Shown here: positions 51,188 through 60,552 of the stretch, one piece after another
Position numbering within the stretch: position 1 is the stretch's first letter
Layout: the number at the start of each line of letters is the position of its first letter
Assembly: GCA_049510745.1 (NCBI GenBank)
Contig: JBEKYR010000020.1
Span: 1 to 64,000 of the forward strand
Length of the DNA: 64,000 nucleotides
Reading direction: 5' to 3'
From: Verrucomicrobiota bacterium
GTDB lineage: Bacteria > Verrucomicrobiota > Verrucomicrobiia > Limisphaerales > Palsa-1400
Position numbers and translations under genes: made by a program
Notes under the pieces: model-generated
Told to the model about the DNA's origin: nothing
Databases searched by the model: none
What the model saw: the letters and a program-made list of their open reading frames with translations, nothing else

Positions 51188-53161
51188 TCATTTTGCATCC
51201 CGGGCAATTACCGGAAGCTCAATAAAGCTCGCATTCTGCGGCGTGTACCAGATGCGTTGGGTGGCTTTGACGAAGCTTTCGGGTTTGGCGAACATAATGT
51301 TCGGCACGTAGGTTTGAGGGTTGCGGTCGTAGAGCGGAAACCAGGTGGACTGGATCTGCACCATGATCCGGTGCCCCGGCAGGAACATGTGGCACACATT
51401 GGGCAGCCGGAGCCGATAGGGCAGAACCTTGTTGGACTCGATCGGCTGCGGGTTCGCCGGGTCCAGCCGGTAACGGCCGCGCAGAATGTCGGCGGAGAGC
51501 ATCTGTTGATAGCCTCCGAGTTTGGGGTGGTCGGGAACTTCATCGGGCCAAACGTCTATGATCTTCACCACCCAATCGGAGTCGGTTCCGCTGGTGGACG
51601 CAGACAGCCGGGCAATCGGCTCGCCAGCGACTCGCAGAGGCTCTTTGAGCACTTCGGTCTCATAGACCAAAACGTCCGGACGGCAGGCGGCATGGCGCTG
51701 GTCATCAACCAGCCATTCGTTCCAGGTCAAGTCCTGCGTCGGCCGCTGCCGATACGGAACCGGTTTTGCAGGGTCGGAAACATATTCATCGTATTCCTGC
51801 TGGGATAATTCCGGCCGTTCAAATCCGAGCCGGTTGCCGGGAAGGAGATAAAGGTTTCGTGCCTGCTCGGGGCATCCTTCAGCGCATGAGCGCGGCCAGG
51901 CGTCGTAGCGATGCCACTGGTCGGCGCCCGTTTCATACACGAGCACGCGCGGGGTATCGGGCATGGGCGCGTCCTTCAGGTAATGGTCGAGGAAAGGCTG
52001 CATCACCGTGCGTCGAAACCAGGCCGCCGTGTCGCCTTCGAACTGAAGCTGGCCAATATCGCGGCCTTCGCCCCGTCCCTGGCCGTGGTTCCACGGCCCC
52101 AAGACCAGATGCACGATCCCGCCCGATGGGTCCTTGCCCGATAATGCTCTGTAAAGGGCAGGGCCGCCGTAAATATCTTCCTGATCGAAAAGGCCGGAGA
52201 CGATCAGCATGGGCACCTTCAGCGGCTCTTTGGCCAGCAGCTTATCCACCGCCTGGTCCTGCCAGAACGAATCGTAGGCGGGGTGATCCGCGATGGCGCG
52301 CCAGAAACCGAGTTGCTCAAGCCCGCGGGACGCGGCCATCGCGCCCGCCGAGCCGCCTCTCAGGAACTCATCGTAAGTGTCGCGAACCCCGGACCACCAG
52401 GTTTGGTCATTGCCGCGCGTCGCCTCCTGGGCGTAAGTGTATGTGAGCGTGCCTTCCTGCCGAAAGGCGCCGTTGTGAAACCAGTCATCCCCCATCCAGC
52501 CGTCAACCATCGGCGCGAAGGGCACCACGGCCTTGAGCGCCGGATGCGGATGCACCGTGGACATGACGGTGGTGTAACCCTCGTACGAGCCGCCGATCGT
52601 GCCCACGCGTCCGTTGGATTCGGGCACATTCTTCACCAGCCAGTCAATTGTGTCGTAAGTATCCGTGGCGTGGTCAACGTCGGTGGAGTTGAGCGGACCC
52701 CGGAGCGGCCGGGTCATCACATAATCGCCTTCGGACCCGTATTTGCCGCGGACGTCCTGAAAGACAATGATGTAGTCGGCGGCTACCGCGGTTTCATCCA
52801 TTTGCGGAACCACGGCGGCCAGATGCGGACTGTTAAAGCGCAGCACCCGGGCGGACGCGCTGTACGGCGTGCGGGTGAGCAACATCGGCGCGCGGGCGGC
52901 GACTTTCGGGACGAGAATGAAGGTCTTCAGTTTCACGCCGTCGCGCATGGCGACCATTTCCTCGCGCTTCACGTAATCGAAGTCGTTGGTCCTGGGCTTA
53001 AAAGTCTCCGGCATGTCGCTGGGCAATTTCGCCACAACTCCACCGGCGCGCGCATCGCCGGGACAGAGCATGACGCAGCCCGCGGCGAGCGCCGCCCAGG
53101 TGACGAACCGGGGAAAGTTCGCTAATCCAGTCCTTTTCCGGCGTGGTATTTCTTTCGTCAT
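51188..53161 (-). CDS. CocE/NonD family hydrolase, alpha-amino acid ester hydrolase-like
   Basis: MRDGVKL, RTPY, QDVRG..SEG, GGSYEG, DGWMGDDWF, DQED, GPWNHG. Confidence 0.92.
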   Translation of the reverse strand: MTKEIPRRKRTGLANFPRFVTWAALAAGCVMLCPGDARAGGVVAKLPSDMPETFKPRTNDFDYVKREEMVAMRDGVKLKTFILVPKVAARAPMLLTRTPYSASARVLRFNSPHLAAVVPQMDETAVAADYIIVFQDVRGKYGSEGDYVMTRPLRGPLNSTDVDHATDTYDTIDWLVKNVPESNGRVGTIGGSYEGYTTVMSTVHPHPALKAVVPFAPMVDGWMGDDWFHNGAFRQEGTLTYTYAQEATRGNDQTWWSGVRDTYDEFLRGGSAGAMAASRGLEQLGFWRAIADHPAYDSFWQDQAVDKLLAKEPLKVPMLIVSGLFDQEDIYGGPALYRALSGKDPSGGIVHLVLGPWNHGQGRGEGRDIGQLQFEGDTAAWFRRTVMQPFLDHYLKDAPMPDTPRVLVYETGADQWHRYDAWPRSCAEGCPEQARNLYLLPGNRLGFERPELSQQEYDEYVSDPAKPVPYRQRPTQDLTWNEWLVDDQRHAACRPDVLVYETEVLKEPLRVAGEPIARLSASTSGTDSDWVVKIIDVWPDEVPDHPKLGGYQQMLSADILRGRYRLDPANPQPIESNKVLPYRLRLPNVCHMFLPGHRIMVQIQSTWFPLYDRNPQTYVPNIMFAKPESFVKATQRIWYTPQNASFIELPVIARDAK

Positions 53162-53311
53162 CTTGCAGAGAGTAAACGCCAAGGACCAAGCTCACGCAAG
53201 CCGCACAAACGCGGGCAGTGGGATACTTTGATTCTCGAAGGGCGCGCCCAATGAGTGTCAATTCGTGCGGCGAACTGTAATGGTTGAACGCAACAACTGA
53301 ACATTTGATTG

Positions 53312-53900
53312 TCAACGAAACGAGGGTTCGATTCCCTTCACCCGCTCCATTTGACAGGTTGCGACAGGTTCCGCCAAACCGTGATAAACACCCATGTTTG
53401 CAAGGGTTTCGTGAGTGTTTGACCCTCCACTGTTTGCGTCAGGATGCGACACCGTTTGACCATTTCCGCCTAAATTCTGTGCGCGTATTTGTGTATAGCC
53501 CGGCGCTGCATCCAACCGCGACAAGTTCTTGATTGCATCGTAAATCGGCACCTGCATTTCGTCGGTGTAAACCTTCGCCGTCAACTTGATGTCGCTGTGG
53601 CGCATCAATTTCATTGCGAACCGTTGCGCCACGCCATTGCGTTGCAGAAAAGTCGGCCAGGTGTAACGCAGCGCGTGGAAATCGGCGTACCGCCCCAACT
53701 CATCCTGGCAGGGAATTCCGTTGCGCTCCAGGTCTTTCCTCAACCGCAAAGCGCGTGGAATGCCATTCGGGAACACCAGATCAGTCGCACCGCAGTTTAG
53801 TGGCCGGTGAAGGGTCAACGCCTCGACAATCTCCGGCACCAGTTGCACGGACTCCTCTTTCTTGTTTTTGGCCGCATAGTCCCGCACCACCACGAACGGC
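53312..53900 (-). pseudogene. Tyrosine recombinase/integrase, C-terminal remnant
   Basis: DFHALRYT (HxxR), LMRHSDIKLT, VYT; N-terminal domain and first catalytic Arg absent; ORF ends across the tRNA fragment (MERVKGIEPS). Confidence 0.85.
53320..53349 (+). mobile_element. Isolated 3' fragment of tRNA-Gly (att-site-like)
   Basis: ACGAGGGTTCGATTCCCTTCACCCGCTCCA = T-arm, acceptor 3' strand and CCA; no D-arm or anticodon arm upstream. Confidence 0.8.
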
Positions 53901-54048
53901 ACGGCTGGCGGCGCGGGTAAAGGGGGCCCTGGCGTGGGCTGTGCTCGACTCTCGCACCTGAAGCACGCAACCACCCGGGACCTAAAAAGTGGCAAAGCAA
54001 AATCTCAGTGCAATTCGTAAGACCAGGTGTACGTCCTTGATAATCAAG

Positions 54049-54125
54049 TGGTCGGAGCGACAGGATTTGAACCTGCGGCGTCTTGGTCCCAAACCAAGTG
54101 CTCTACCAGGCTGAGCTACGCTCCG
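54049..54125 (-). tRNA. tRNA-Pro(UGG)
   Basis: CGGAGCGTAGCTCAGCCTGGTAGAGCACTTGGTTTGGGACCAAGACGCCGCAGGTTCAAATCCTGTCGCTCCGACCA; 77 nt, encoded CCA. Confidence 0.97.
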
Positions 54126-54299
54126 ATCCGTTCACCCTATGCCACTTGCAGAGAAACCCATCCCGACTCGAATCATCGGGAGGATACTACGGCCTTTTCA
54201 AAAAGGGGGGCAAGCCATTTCGCCGCTCTTTGAAAGCCGGCGCTCGCAAACCGGCTCTCCGGAAGCCGTCAATTCAGCGGGATTTGGCTCTTGCGCACT

Positions 54300-55565
54300 T
54301 CAGACAAAAATGGTTTGCGCGCGGGCCGGGCCGACGGACACAATTTTGAGCCGCGCGCCGGTCAATTCGGCCAGCGCCCGCAAGTAACTTCGCGCCTTGG
54401 CCGGCAATTGGCTCCATTTGACGCAACGCGACGTCGGCGTCCGCCAGCCGGGAAATTCCGCATAGACCGGTTCGCACTTGGCCAGCAATTCAATGTCCGC
54501 CGGCACGTAATCCAGCCGCGACAGCCCCGCCCGGTAGGCGACGCAGACTTTGATCGTCTCCAGGCCGTCCAGGCCGTCCAGGTTCGTCACCGCCAGATCG
54601 TCGATGCCGTTGATGATGGCGGCGTATCGGGTGGCGACCGCGTCAAACCAGCCGCAGCGGCGCGGCCGGCCCGTTGTCGCCCCGAATTCGCGTCCCATCG
54701 CGTGCAGCATGTCGGCGATCTCGGCGCTCTCGGTGGGCAAGGGGCCTTCGCCGACGCGGGTGATGTAGGCCTTCATCACGCCCACCACTTTGTCCATGCG
54801 GTGGGGCGCGACCCCCGAGCCGGTGCAGGCGCCGCCCGCAGTGGTGTTGGAGGAGGTGACAAAAGGATAGGTGCCGTGATCGATGTCCAGAAACGTGCCT
54901 TGGGCGCCTTCAAAAAGAATGTTCCGGCCGCGGCCCGTGGCCTCGTGCAGCAGGACGACGGTATTGGTGACAAAGGGTTTCAACCGGTCGCCCGCGGCGC
55001 GATAGGCGGCATGGACTTTGGCGAAAGAGAGGGGTTTGGCGCCCAGGGCCTTCAAAATCTCGTTGTTTTCCTTGATCTTGAACCGGAGCAGGGCCTCGAA
55101 GCGGTCTGGGTTGATCAAGTCGATCATGCGCAAGCCGGTGCGGGCCGCCTTGTCGCCATAGGCCGGGCCGATGCCGCGCTTGGTGGTGCCGATTTTGTGT
55201 TGGCCCTTGAGCGATTCGCGCTGCTCGTCCAATTCGCGGTGATAGGGGAGGACCAAATGGGCCGATTCGCTGATGAACAGGTTTTTGACCCGCACGCCAA
55301 GGCGGGTGAGTTCCTCCATTTCCGCCACCAGGCTGACGGGATCGACGACGACGCCGTTGCCGATGACGCAGACCTTGCGCGGGCGCAAGATGCCGGAGGG
55401 AATGAGATGGAGCACGAATTTTCTCTTGCCGATGAAAACGGTGTGTCCGGCATTGTTCCCGCCCTGGGTGCGGACAACAATATCGGCATCGCCGGTCAGA
55501 ACGTCGATGATTTTGCCTTTGCCTTCGTCGCCCCACTGGGCGCCGACTAAAATCGTATTGGCCAT
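54300..55565 (-). CDS. purA: Adenylosuccinate synthetase
   Basis: QWGDEGKGK, GGNNAGHT, IGTTKRGIGP, EGAQG..LDIDHGTYPFVTSS, EFGATTGRPRRCGW. Confidence 0.98.
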   Translation of the reverse strand: MANTILVGAQWGDEGKGKIIDVLTGDADIVVRTQGGNNAGHTVFIGKRKFVLHLIPSGILRPRKVCVIGNGVVVDPVSLVAEMEELTRLGVRVKNLFISESAHLVLPYHRELDEQRESLKGQHKIGTTKRGIGPAYGDKAARTGLRMIDLINPDRFEALLRFKIKENNEILKALGAKPLSFAKVHAAYRAAGDRLKPFVTNTVVLLHEATGRGRNILFEGAQGTFLDIDHGTYPFVTSSNTTAGGACTGSGVAPHRMDKVVGVMKAYITRVGEGPLPTESAEIADMLHAMGREFGATTGRPRRCGWFDAVATRYAAIINGIDDLAVTNLDGLDGLETIKVCVAYRAGLSRLDYVPADIELLAKCEPVYAEFPGWRTPTSRCVKWSQLPAKARSYLRALAELTGARLKIVSVGPARAQTIFV

Positions 55566-55605
55566 AAACTGTGTGACAAGCTCAACGGGGCGGCGCGCCG
55601 CCCCA

Positions 55606-55635
55606 ATAAAAACCCCGGAAATGTAAATTCCGGGG
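55606..55635 (-). terminator. Intrinsic terminator-like hairpin upstream of purA
   Basis: Minus strand CCCCGGAA-tttacat-TTCCGGGG-TTTTTAT. Confidence 0.75.
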
Positions 55636-55660
55636 CAGACGCACGGGTCTTTACGGACAG

Positions 55661-55689
55661 AGGGTAGAGAGAGCGCCCGCCGGTGTCAA
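55661..55689 (-). promoter_or_regulatory. Putative sigma70 promoter for purA
   Basis: Minus strand TTGACA-N17-TACCCT. Confidence 0.6.
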
Positions 55690-55742
55690 CGCGGAAGGCA
55701 TTGTTCGCAAATCATCGAAAAGTTGCGCAGTTTTGAATGCCG

Positions 55743-56711
55743 TCAGTTGGGTTGCTCCTGCTCATTGCTTTGGATTTCCCGCTCGAAATAGAACAGCAAG
55801 GTGAGACTACACCCGGATTGCAACCCCAGACGACCGACCCAACCGGCTTCTTTCGAGTACCTCAGCTTGCTGGATTCATTGTCGTCCCCACGCGTGAGCA
55901 GTACGGGTATTTCCCGCCTGGGTGTGATGCCGTAAGGCGCGAAAATATCGGGCTGCATTTTCAAAAAGTCCGCAATCCGGGGGTTAAGAAAGTTGCCATC
56001 TTTGCCGATAAGCGACGGATCGACGGTAAACTTGAGGCGGAAAAGGGCGCTGTTGAGCAAATCCAGTGGAGCCTTGGCAAGTGTCCTGGCATAGAATGCC
56101 CGCAAGCTCTCCGCGTTATGCACTGGATAATCCGCCACCGGGCCGCAGTAACCGATGCAGAACAACTTGCCGAACGCCTGAAAGCTCTTTTCCCCGGGCG
56201 ACCATTTTCGGGAGAGAATTTTCAGGTTGGTTGAATCCACCAGCCACCAGGGGGCGCCTTCAGTGGCCTGCTTGCCGCGAATGGCGACAACCGCATGGCC
56301 GGAAAAATGCCTTTGCAGTGACTCCATGGAAATCTCCGCTCCATCCACGAGCAACGCGTTGAATCCTCGCGGCTCAATGCGGTCGATGAACAGGACCGCG
56401 TAATCACCGCACCCGCAACTCAAACCGCTCTCACTAATCTCGCGCGCGGTGCGTCGCCGGAGGAATTGTTCCTTGAGACCGGATTCCTCGGCCCCGGCCA
56501 CACGCACGGTGTAGCTCTTGCCGGGCTGCATGAACTTCAAATTGCGGAGTTCGGAGAACACCGCTTGGATGTGTTGCTCCGCTGAAAGGTCATCGGCCGC
56601 CAAGGCGGAGAAAGGCTGGAGCAGGCAAAGACCCAAAGCCGCAACGCCAGGCAGCCAAAGTCTCACCTGCTTGCCGCCCGAGGGCGATGGAAGGGATTTC
56701 AATGATTTCAT
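55743..56711 (-). CDS. Secreted hypothetical protein with a transglutaminase/papain-like triad
   Basis: Signal peptide; GCGDYA, GHAVVA, WWLVDST. Confidence 0.7.
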   Translation of the reverse strand: MKSLKSLPSPSGGKQVRLWLPGVAALGLCLLQPFSALAADDLSAEQHIQAVFSELRNLKFMQPGKSYTVRVAGAEESGLKEQFLRRRTAREISESGLSCGCGDYAVLFIDRIEPRGFNALLVDGAEISMESLQRHFSGHAVVAIRGKQATEGAPWWLVDSTNLKILSRKWSPGEKSFQAFGKLFCIGYCGPVADYPVHNAESLRAFYARTLAKAPLDLLNSALFRLKFTVDPSLIGKDGNFLNPRIADFLKMQPDIFAPYGITPRREIPVLLTRGDDNESSKLRYSKEAGWVGRLGLQSGCSLTLLFYFEREIQSNEQEQPN

Positions 56712-57175
56712 TTTTTATGTCTGATAAGTGTTTATCTCTCAGTGTCTTGCAACGGACAACTTGCGTCGCAAATCTGTTGTTGCTGCCTTGTCACGCAGAC
56801 TTTTCAAACCGTTGGCAATTCATGTCCGTTTCGTTCTCTCTGTGCCGGTTCCCCCAAAAAGGTTCATTTCAACCGGGACCAGTTTCCGCATTTTGGCGGT
56901 CACATGGTTGCGTCGGTGCGGTGTATTTGTGTCGGAATAGTTTGCAGTCATGGGCATTATTCGGGATAAATCAGCCATAAATACCTGTGGCGCAATGACT
57001 TGTCGCATAAGCCACAGTGATAGATGAGACGGATTAAGGCCGATTGGGATGTTCCGATGTCGGAATTGTTTACGGTTTTCACGAAAAAGACTATGGGGTA
57101 TTCTACTAACATCAAAATCATAACCATCTGCAATTAAACAGCTTATGTGAAAAGCAAATCGCACGTTGAAAACGA

Positions 57176-57191
57176 TGGCACAGAAATAGCT
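57176..57191 (+). promoter_or_regulatory. Sigma54 (-24/-12) promoter
   Basis: TGGCACAGAAATAGCT, GG-N10-GC spacing. Confidence 0.7.
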
Positions 57192-57302
57192 ACTTTCGTT
57201 GCGACACGGCTATTTGCGGTTGCTGAGTGGAGTGTATCCTAAGCGGCGCGATGGCAAATAAAAAGAGCATGTATCAAACCAAAATTAACCAGAATCAATA
57301 AA

Positions 57303-57995
57303 ATGAACACACGCATGATGAACCGTTTGAAAGTCGCGGCGCTTTCTGTGGCACTGCCTTTGGCGTCCCTCACGTCCGCTTATGGAGCAGTTTCGCTCAA
57401 TTTCAATCTGCCTGACAACACATACGAAGATTATATTCTCAATTACTACAACGGTGGGGCTGATGGACACGGCGCGATCGGACCGAACTATGGAATCGTC
57501 TTTGGACCGGATGCCCTGTCCCTCTTGAACTATCCCCTCTCAAATGTGTCGAGCGAACCCGACGGCGGAAACTCCAGCATGATCTTCCTGAGCGGCAGTG
57601 GGGATCTTATGGATGTGGCGGCTGGCTTCACCACCGGTTTTTCGTTCTACTATTCGGCGCCGTACTATACGGGTTCAGTCACCGTCTATAGCGGTCTGGA
57701 CGGCACTGGCAGCTTGTTGGCTACCCTTAACTTGCCGGAGACACCCGCCGGATCTCCAGCGAATTACTCCGTTTGGGAGCCCGTCGGAGTGAGTTTTGCG
57801 GGGACTGCCGAATCCGTGAATTTCTCTGGAACGGCGAATTACATCGCCTTTGCGGATGTCACCCTCGGTTCGGTGAATCCTCAAATTGGCAACAATGTTC
57901 CTGACAATACGGGAGCGAGCATTTACCTGCTGGCTGCCCTGGGTTTGGCTGGCGCGGCTTGGGCCTCCCGCAAACAGGGAATCGCCGCGATCTAA
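57303..57995 (+). CDS. PEP-CTERM/VPDSG-CTERM-type exosortase substrate
   Basis: Signal peptide; tail VPDNTG + TM helix + RK basic cluster. Confidence 0.85.
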   Translation: MNTRMMNRLKVAALSVALPLASLTSAYGAVSLNFNLPDNTYEDYILNYYNGGADGHGAIGPNYGIVFGPDALSLLNYPLSNVSSEPDGGNSSMIFLSGSGDLMDVAAGFTTGFSFYYSAPYYTGSVTVYSGLDGTGSLLATLNLPETPAGSPANYSVWEPVGVSFAGTAESVNFSGTANYIAFADVTLGSVNPQIGNNVPDNTGASIYLLAALGLAGAAWASRKQGIAAI

Positions 57996-58032
57996 CGATC
58001 AGCGCAACCGCAAACTGATACGTGCTTTAATC

Positions 58033-58065
58033 AAGCCCGTCCTTGCTTGCAAGGGCGGGTTTTTT
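58033..58065 (+). terminator. Intrinsic terminator
   Basis: aagcccgtccttgc/gcaagggcgggtt hairpin followed by a T-run. Confidence 0.85.
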
Positions 58066-58353
58066 GCGTACACGGCCAAGGGCGGGCGCATCCCGGTTTT
58101 TGGCAACCCGCTGGTGAATGAGGGATAGTGGATGGCCGCACTCAGGCGCAAAAGAATGACGAATGATGAAGCCAAAATGGCGCTGTCGGGCCGTATTAGG
58201 GAAAGAAAATGAACGGCATCCCCACCTGAATAATCCTGCGCCCGGCGGCATCGAATTGTGGATCGCCCTGGACAGGCAGCGCGTATGGCTTGCCTTTTTC
58301 CAGCGCTGGCGCAACCATGCAGCCGGCATCATAACGAACGGCTGGATGTGAAT

Positions 58354-59826
58354 ATGCGAGGATCTTCAAGACTGATAATGGTTGCGGTGGCGGTGGCGGC
58401 CCTGGCGGGCGCGGCGGGCGTTTGGGTCTGGCACGCCCATCATGCCAATAAAGCTTCCTGGCGCACCGGAACGGTGCGCAAAGGAGACCTCACGGCCACC
58501 ATCACGGCCACTGGCACGGTCGAACCGGAGGAGGTGGTGGACGTCGGGGCGCAAGTGGCCGGGCAGTTGCTCCAGTTTGGCAAGGACAAGGATGGCAAGG
58601 CCATTGATTATGGTTCCATCGTCGAGTCCAACATGCTCCTGGCCAGGATTGACGGCAGTCTCTACGCGGCGGATTTGGCCCTGGCAAAGGCGGCGGTCGA
58701 TTCTGACAAGGCCGGGGAATTGCAGGCCGCGGCCAATTTGGAGCAGATGAAAGCCAAGGAGGCGCAGGCGGAAGCGGATTGGAAACGGGCCCAGGTGCTC
58801 GGCCCGTCGGAAGCCCTGGCGCCGACCACCTATGATTCCTACAAAGCCAATTACGAAATTGCCAAAGCCAACGTCGATCTGGATATTGCCGCCCTGGCCC
58901 AGGCCAAAGCCACAACCGTCCAGGCCGAAGCCACCAGGGACAAGGCCCAACGGAACCTCGATTACTGCACCATTTTCTCCCCGGTCAAGGGCGTCATCAT
59001 TGACCGCCGGGTGAATATCGGCGAAACGGTCGTGTCGAGCCTCAACACGCCCAGTCTGTTCCTCATTGCCAAGGACCTGACCCGAATCCAGGTCTGGGTT
59101 TCGGTCAATGAGGCGGACATCGGGAAAATTCATACCAACCAGGATGTGACTTTCACCGTGGACGCTTTTCCAAACCGGACCTTTCACGGCAAGGTGAACA
59201 AGGTCCGGCTCAACGCCACCATGACGCAAAACGTGGTCACTTACACCGTGGAGGTCAACACCGACAACTCGAATGGCCGGCTCTTGCCATACTTGACAGC
59301 CAATGTTCACTTCCTCACCGGCGAGGCCCACGATGCGTTTCTGGTTTTGAACTCCGCCCTGCGCTGGCGTCCGGCCCCGGACTTGATTGCGGCGGCCGCC
59401 CGCCCGGCGGACAAACCGCCCGGCGGAGCGCCCGACGGCGCCCAGCGCAGAGGGCGGCGCGGCGGCGGCGGCGACGACCCGCCCGCCCAACAAATCGGCA
59501 CCGTGTGGGCGCCGGACGGAGCCTATGTCCGTCCGATTCGTGTCAACATCGGACTCTCTGATGGAACCTGGACGGAAGTGCAAGGCGAAGGGCTGAGCGA
59601 GGGCCTGACGGTGGTGCTCGGCGTGCAAAGCCCGGAGATGGCCGCAGCGGAAGCTCCCGGCGTAAGCCCGTTCATCCCACAGTTTGGCCGGCGTCCGGGG
59701 CAGGGCAGCGGTGGCGCCGGGCAGGCCGGCGGCGCGGGGCAAGCCGGTGGCGCGGGGCAAGCCGGTGGTGCCGGGCAAGGCGGCGGGCAAGGCGGTGGCG
59801 GCGGAAGGCGGGGCAACGGCCCATGA
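58354..59826 (+). CDS. macA: Efflux periplasmic adaptor subunit (MacA-like)
   Basis: ATGTVEP..VDVGAQVAG, I.SPV.GVII.R, V.EADIG, FTVDAFP. Confidence 0.9.
   Translation: MRGSSRLIMVAVAVAALAGAAGVWVWHAHHANKASWRTGTVRKGDLTATITATGTVEPEEVVDVGAQVAGQLLQFGKDKDGKAIDYGSIVESNMLLARIDGSLYAADLALAKAAVDSDKAGELQAAANLEQMKAKEAQAEADWKRAQVLGPSEALAPTTYDSYKANYEIAKANVDLDIAALAQAKATTVQAEATRDKAQRNLDYCTIFSPVKGVIIDRRVNIGETVVSSLNTPSLFLIAKDLTRIQVWVSVNEADIGKIHTNQDVTFTVDAFPNRTFHGKVNKVRLNATMTQNVVTYTVEVNTDNSNGRLLPYLTANVHFLTGEAHDAFLVLNSALRWRPAPDLIAAAARPADKPPGGAPDGAQRRGRRGGGGDDPPAQQIGTVWAPDGAYVRPIRVNIGLSDGTWTEVQGEGLSEGLTVVLGVQSPEMAAAEAPGVSPFIPQFGRRPGQGSGGAGQAGGAGQAGGAGQAGGAGQGGGQGGGGGRRGNGP
59710..59781 (+). repeat. 18-bp coding tandem repeat x4 (GGAGQA/G)
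   Basis: ggtggcgccgggcaggcc-like units in the Gly-rich tail of the adaptor. Confidence 0.85.
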
Positions 59827-59841
59827 GGGCGGGCGATCGTT

Positions 59842-60552
59842 ATGGAATTGCTTGAATTGCGCGACGTTCGCAAGACCTATCACTTGGGCGAATTGGATTT
59901 GCCCGTGCTCAAGGGAGTGACGTTTTCCGTTGCCAAAGGGGAACTGGTGGCGCTGATGGGAGTCAGCGGTTCGGGCAAAAGCACGCTCATGAATATTCTC
60001 GGCTGCCTGGATCACCCCACCTCCGGCGAGTATTGGCTGGACGGACAGGAAGTATCCGGGGCATCGGCCAACGAACGGGCCAGGCTGCGCAACCGGCTGA
60101 TCGGCTTTGTCTTTCAGAGTTTTAACCTGCTCTCGCGCACCTCGGCGCTGGACAATGTTTGCATGCCGCTGACTTATGGCGCCGAATACATTCAGGAGCG
60201 CGAGATGAAGGAGCGCGCCACCGAGTTGCTCCGCAAAGTCGGCTTGGACGACCGCATGGATCACCAGCCCTCGCAACTTTCCGGCGGCCAGCAGCAGCGG
60301 GTGGCCATTGCCCGGTCGCTGGTCAACCGGCCCCGCCTCCTTTTGGCCGATGAACCGACGGGCAATCTGGACTCCCGCACCAGCGAAGAGATTCTGCAAA
60401 TGTTGCGCGCGCTCAATGAAACCGAAGGGCTGACCATTATCCTGGTGACGCACGACCCGCAAGTGGCCCACCATGCCAGGCGAATCATCCGCATCCACGA
60501 CGGCTTGATCGAGGGTGGAGCGGAGCCAAAAACAGAGGTGAAAGGATCATGA
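59842..60552 (+). CDS. ABC transporter ATP-binding protein (MacB/LolD-like)
   Basis: GVSGSGKST, LSGGQQQRVAIAR, LLADEPTGNLD. Confidence 0.95.
   Translation: MELLELRDVRKTYHLGELDLPVLKGVTFSVAKGELVALMGVSGSGKSTLMNILGCLDHPTSGEYWLDGQEVSGASANERARLRNRLIGFVFQSFNLLSRTSALDNVCMPLTYGAEYIQEREMKERATELLRKVGLDDRMDHQPSQLSGGQQQRVAIARSLVNRPRLLLADEPTGNLDSRTSEEILQMLRALNETEGLTIILVTHDPQVAHHARRIIRIHDGLIEGGAEPKTEVKGS

Noticed and set aside
53275..53349. Complete tRNA-Gly
   Set aside because: No 5' acceptor strand, D-arm or anticodon stem upstream of the T-arm
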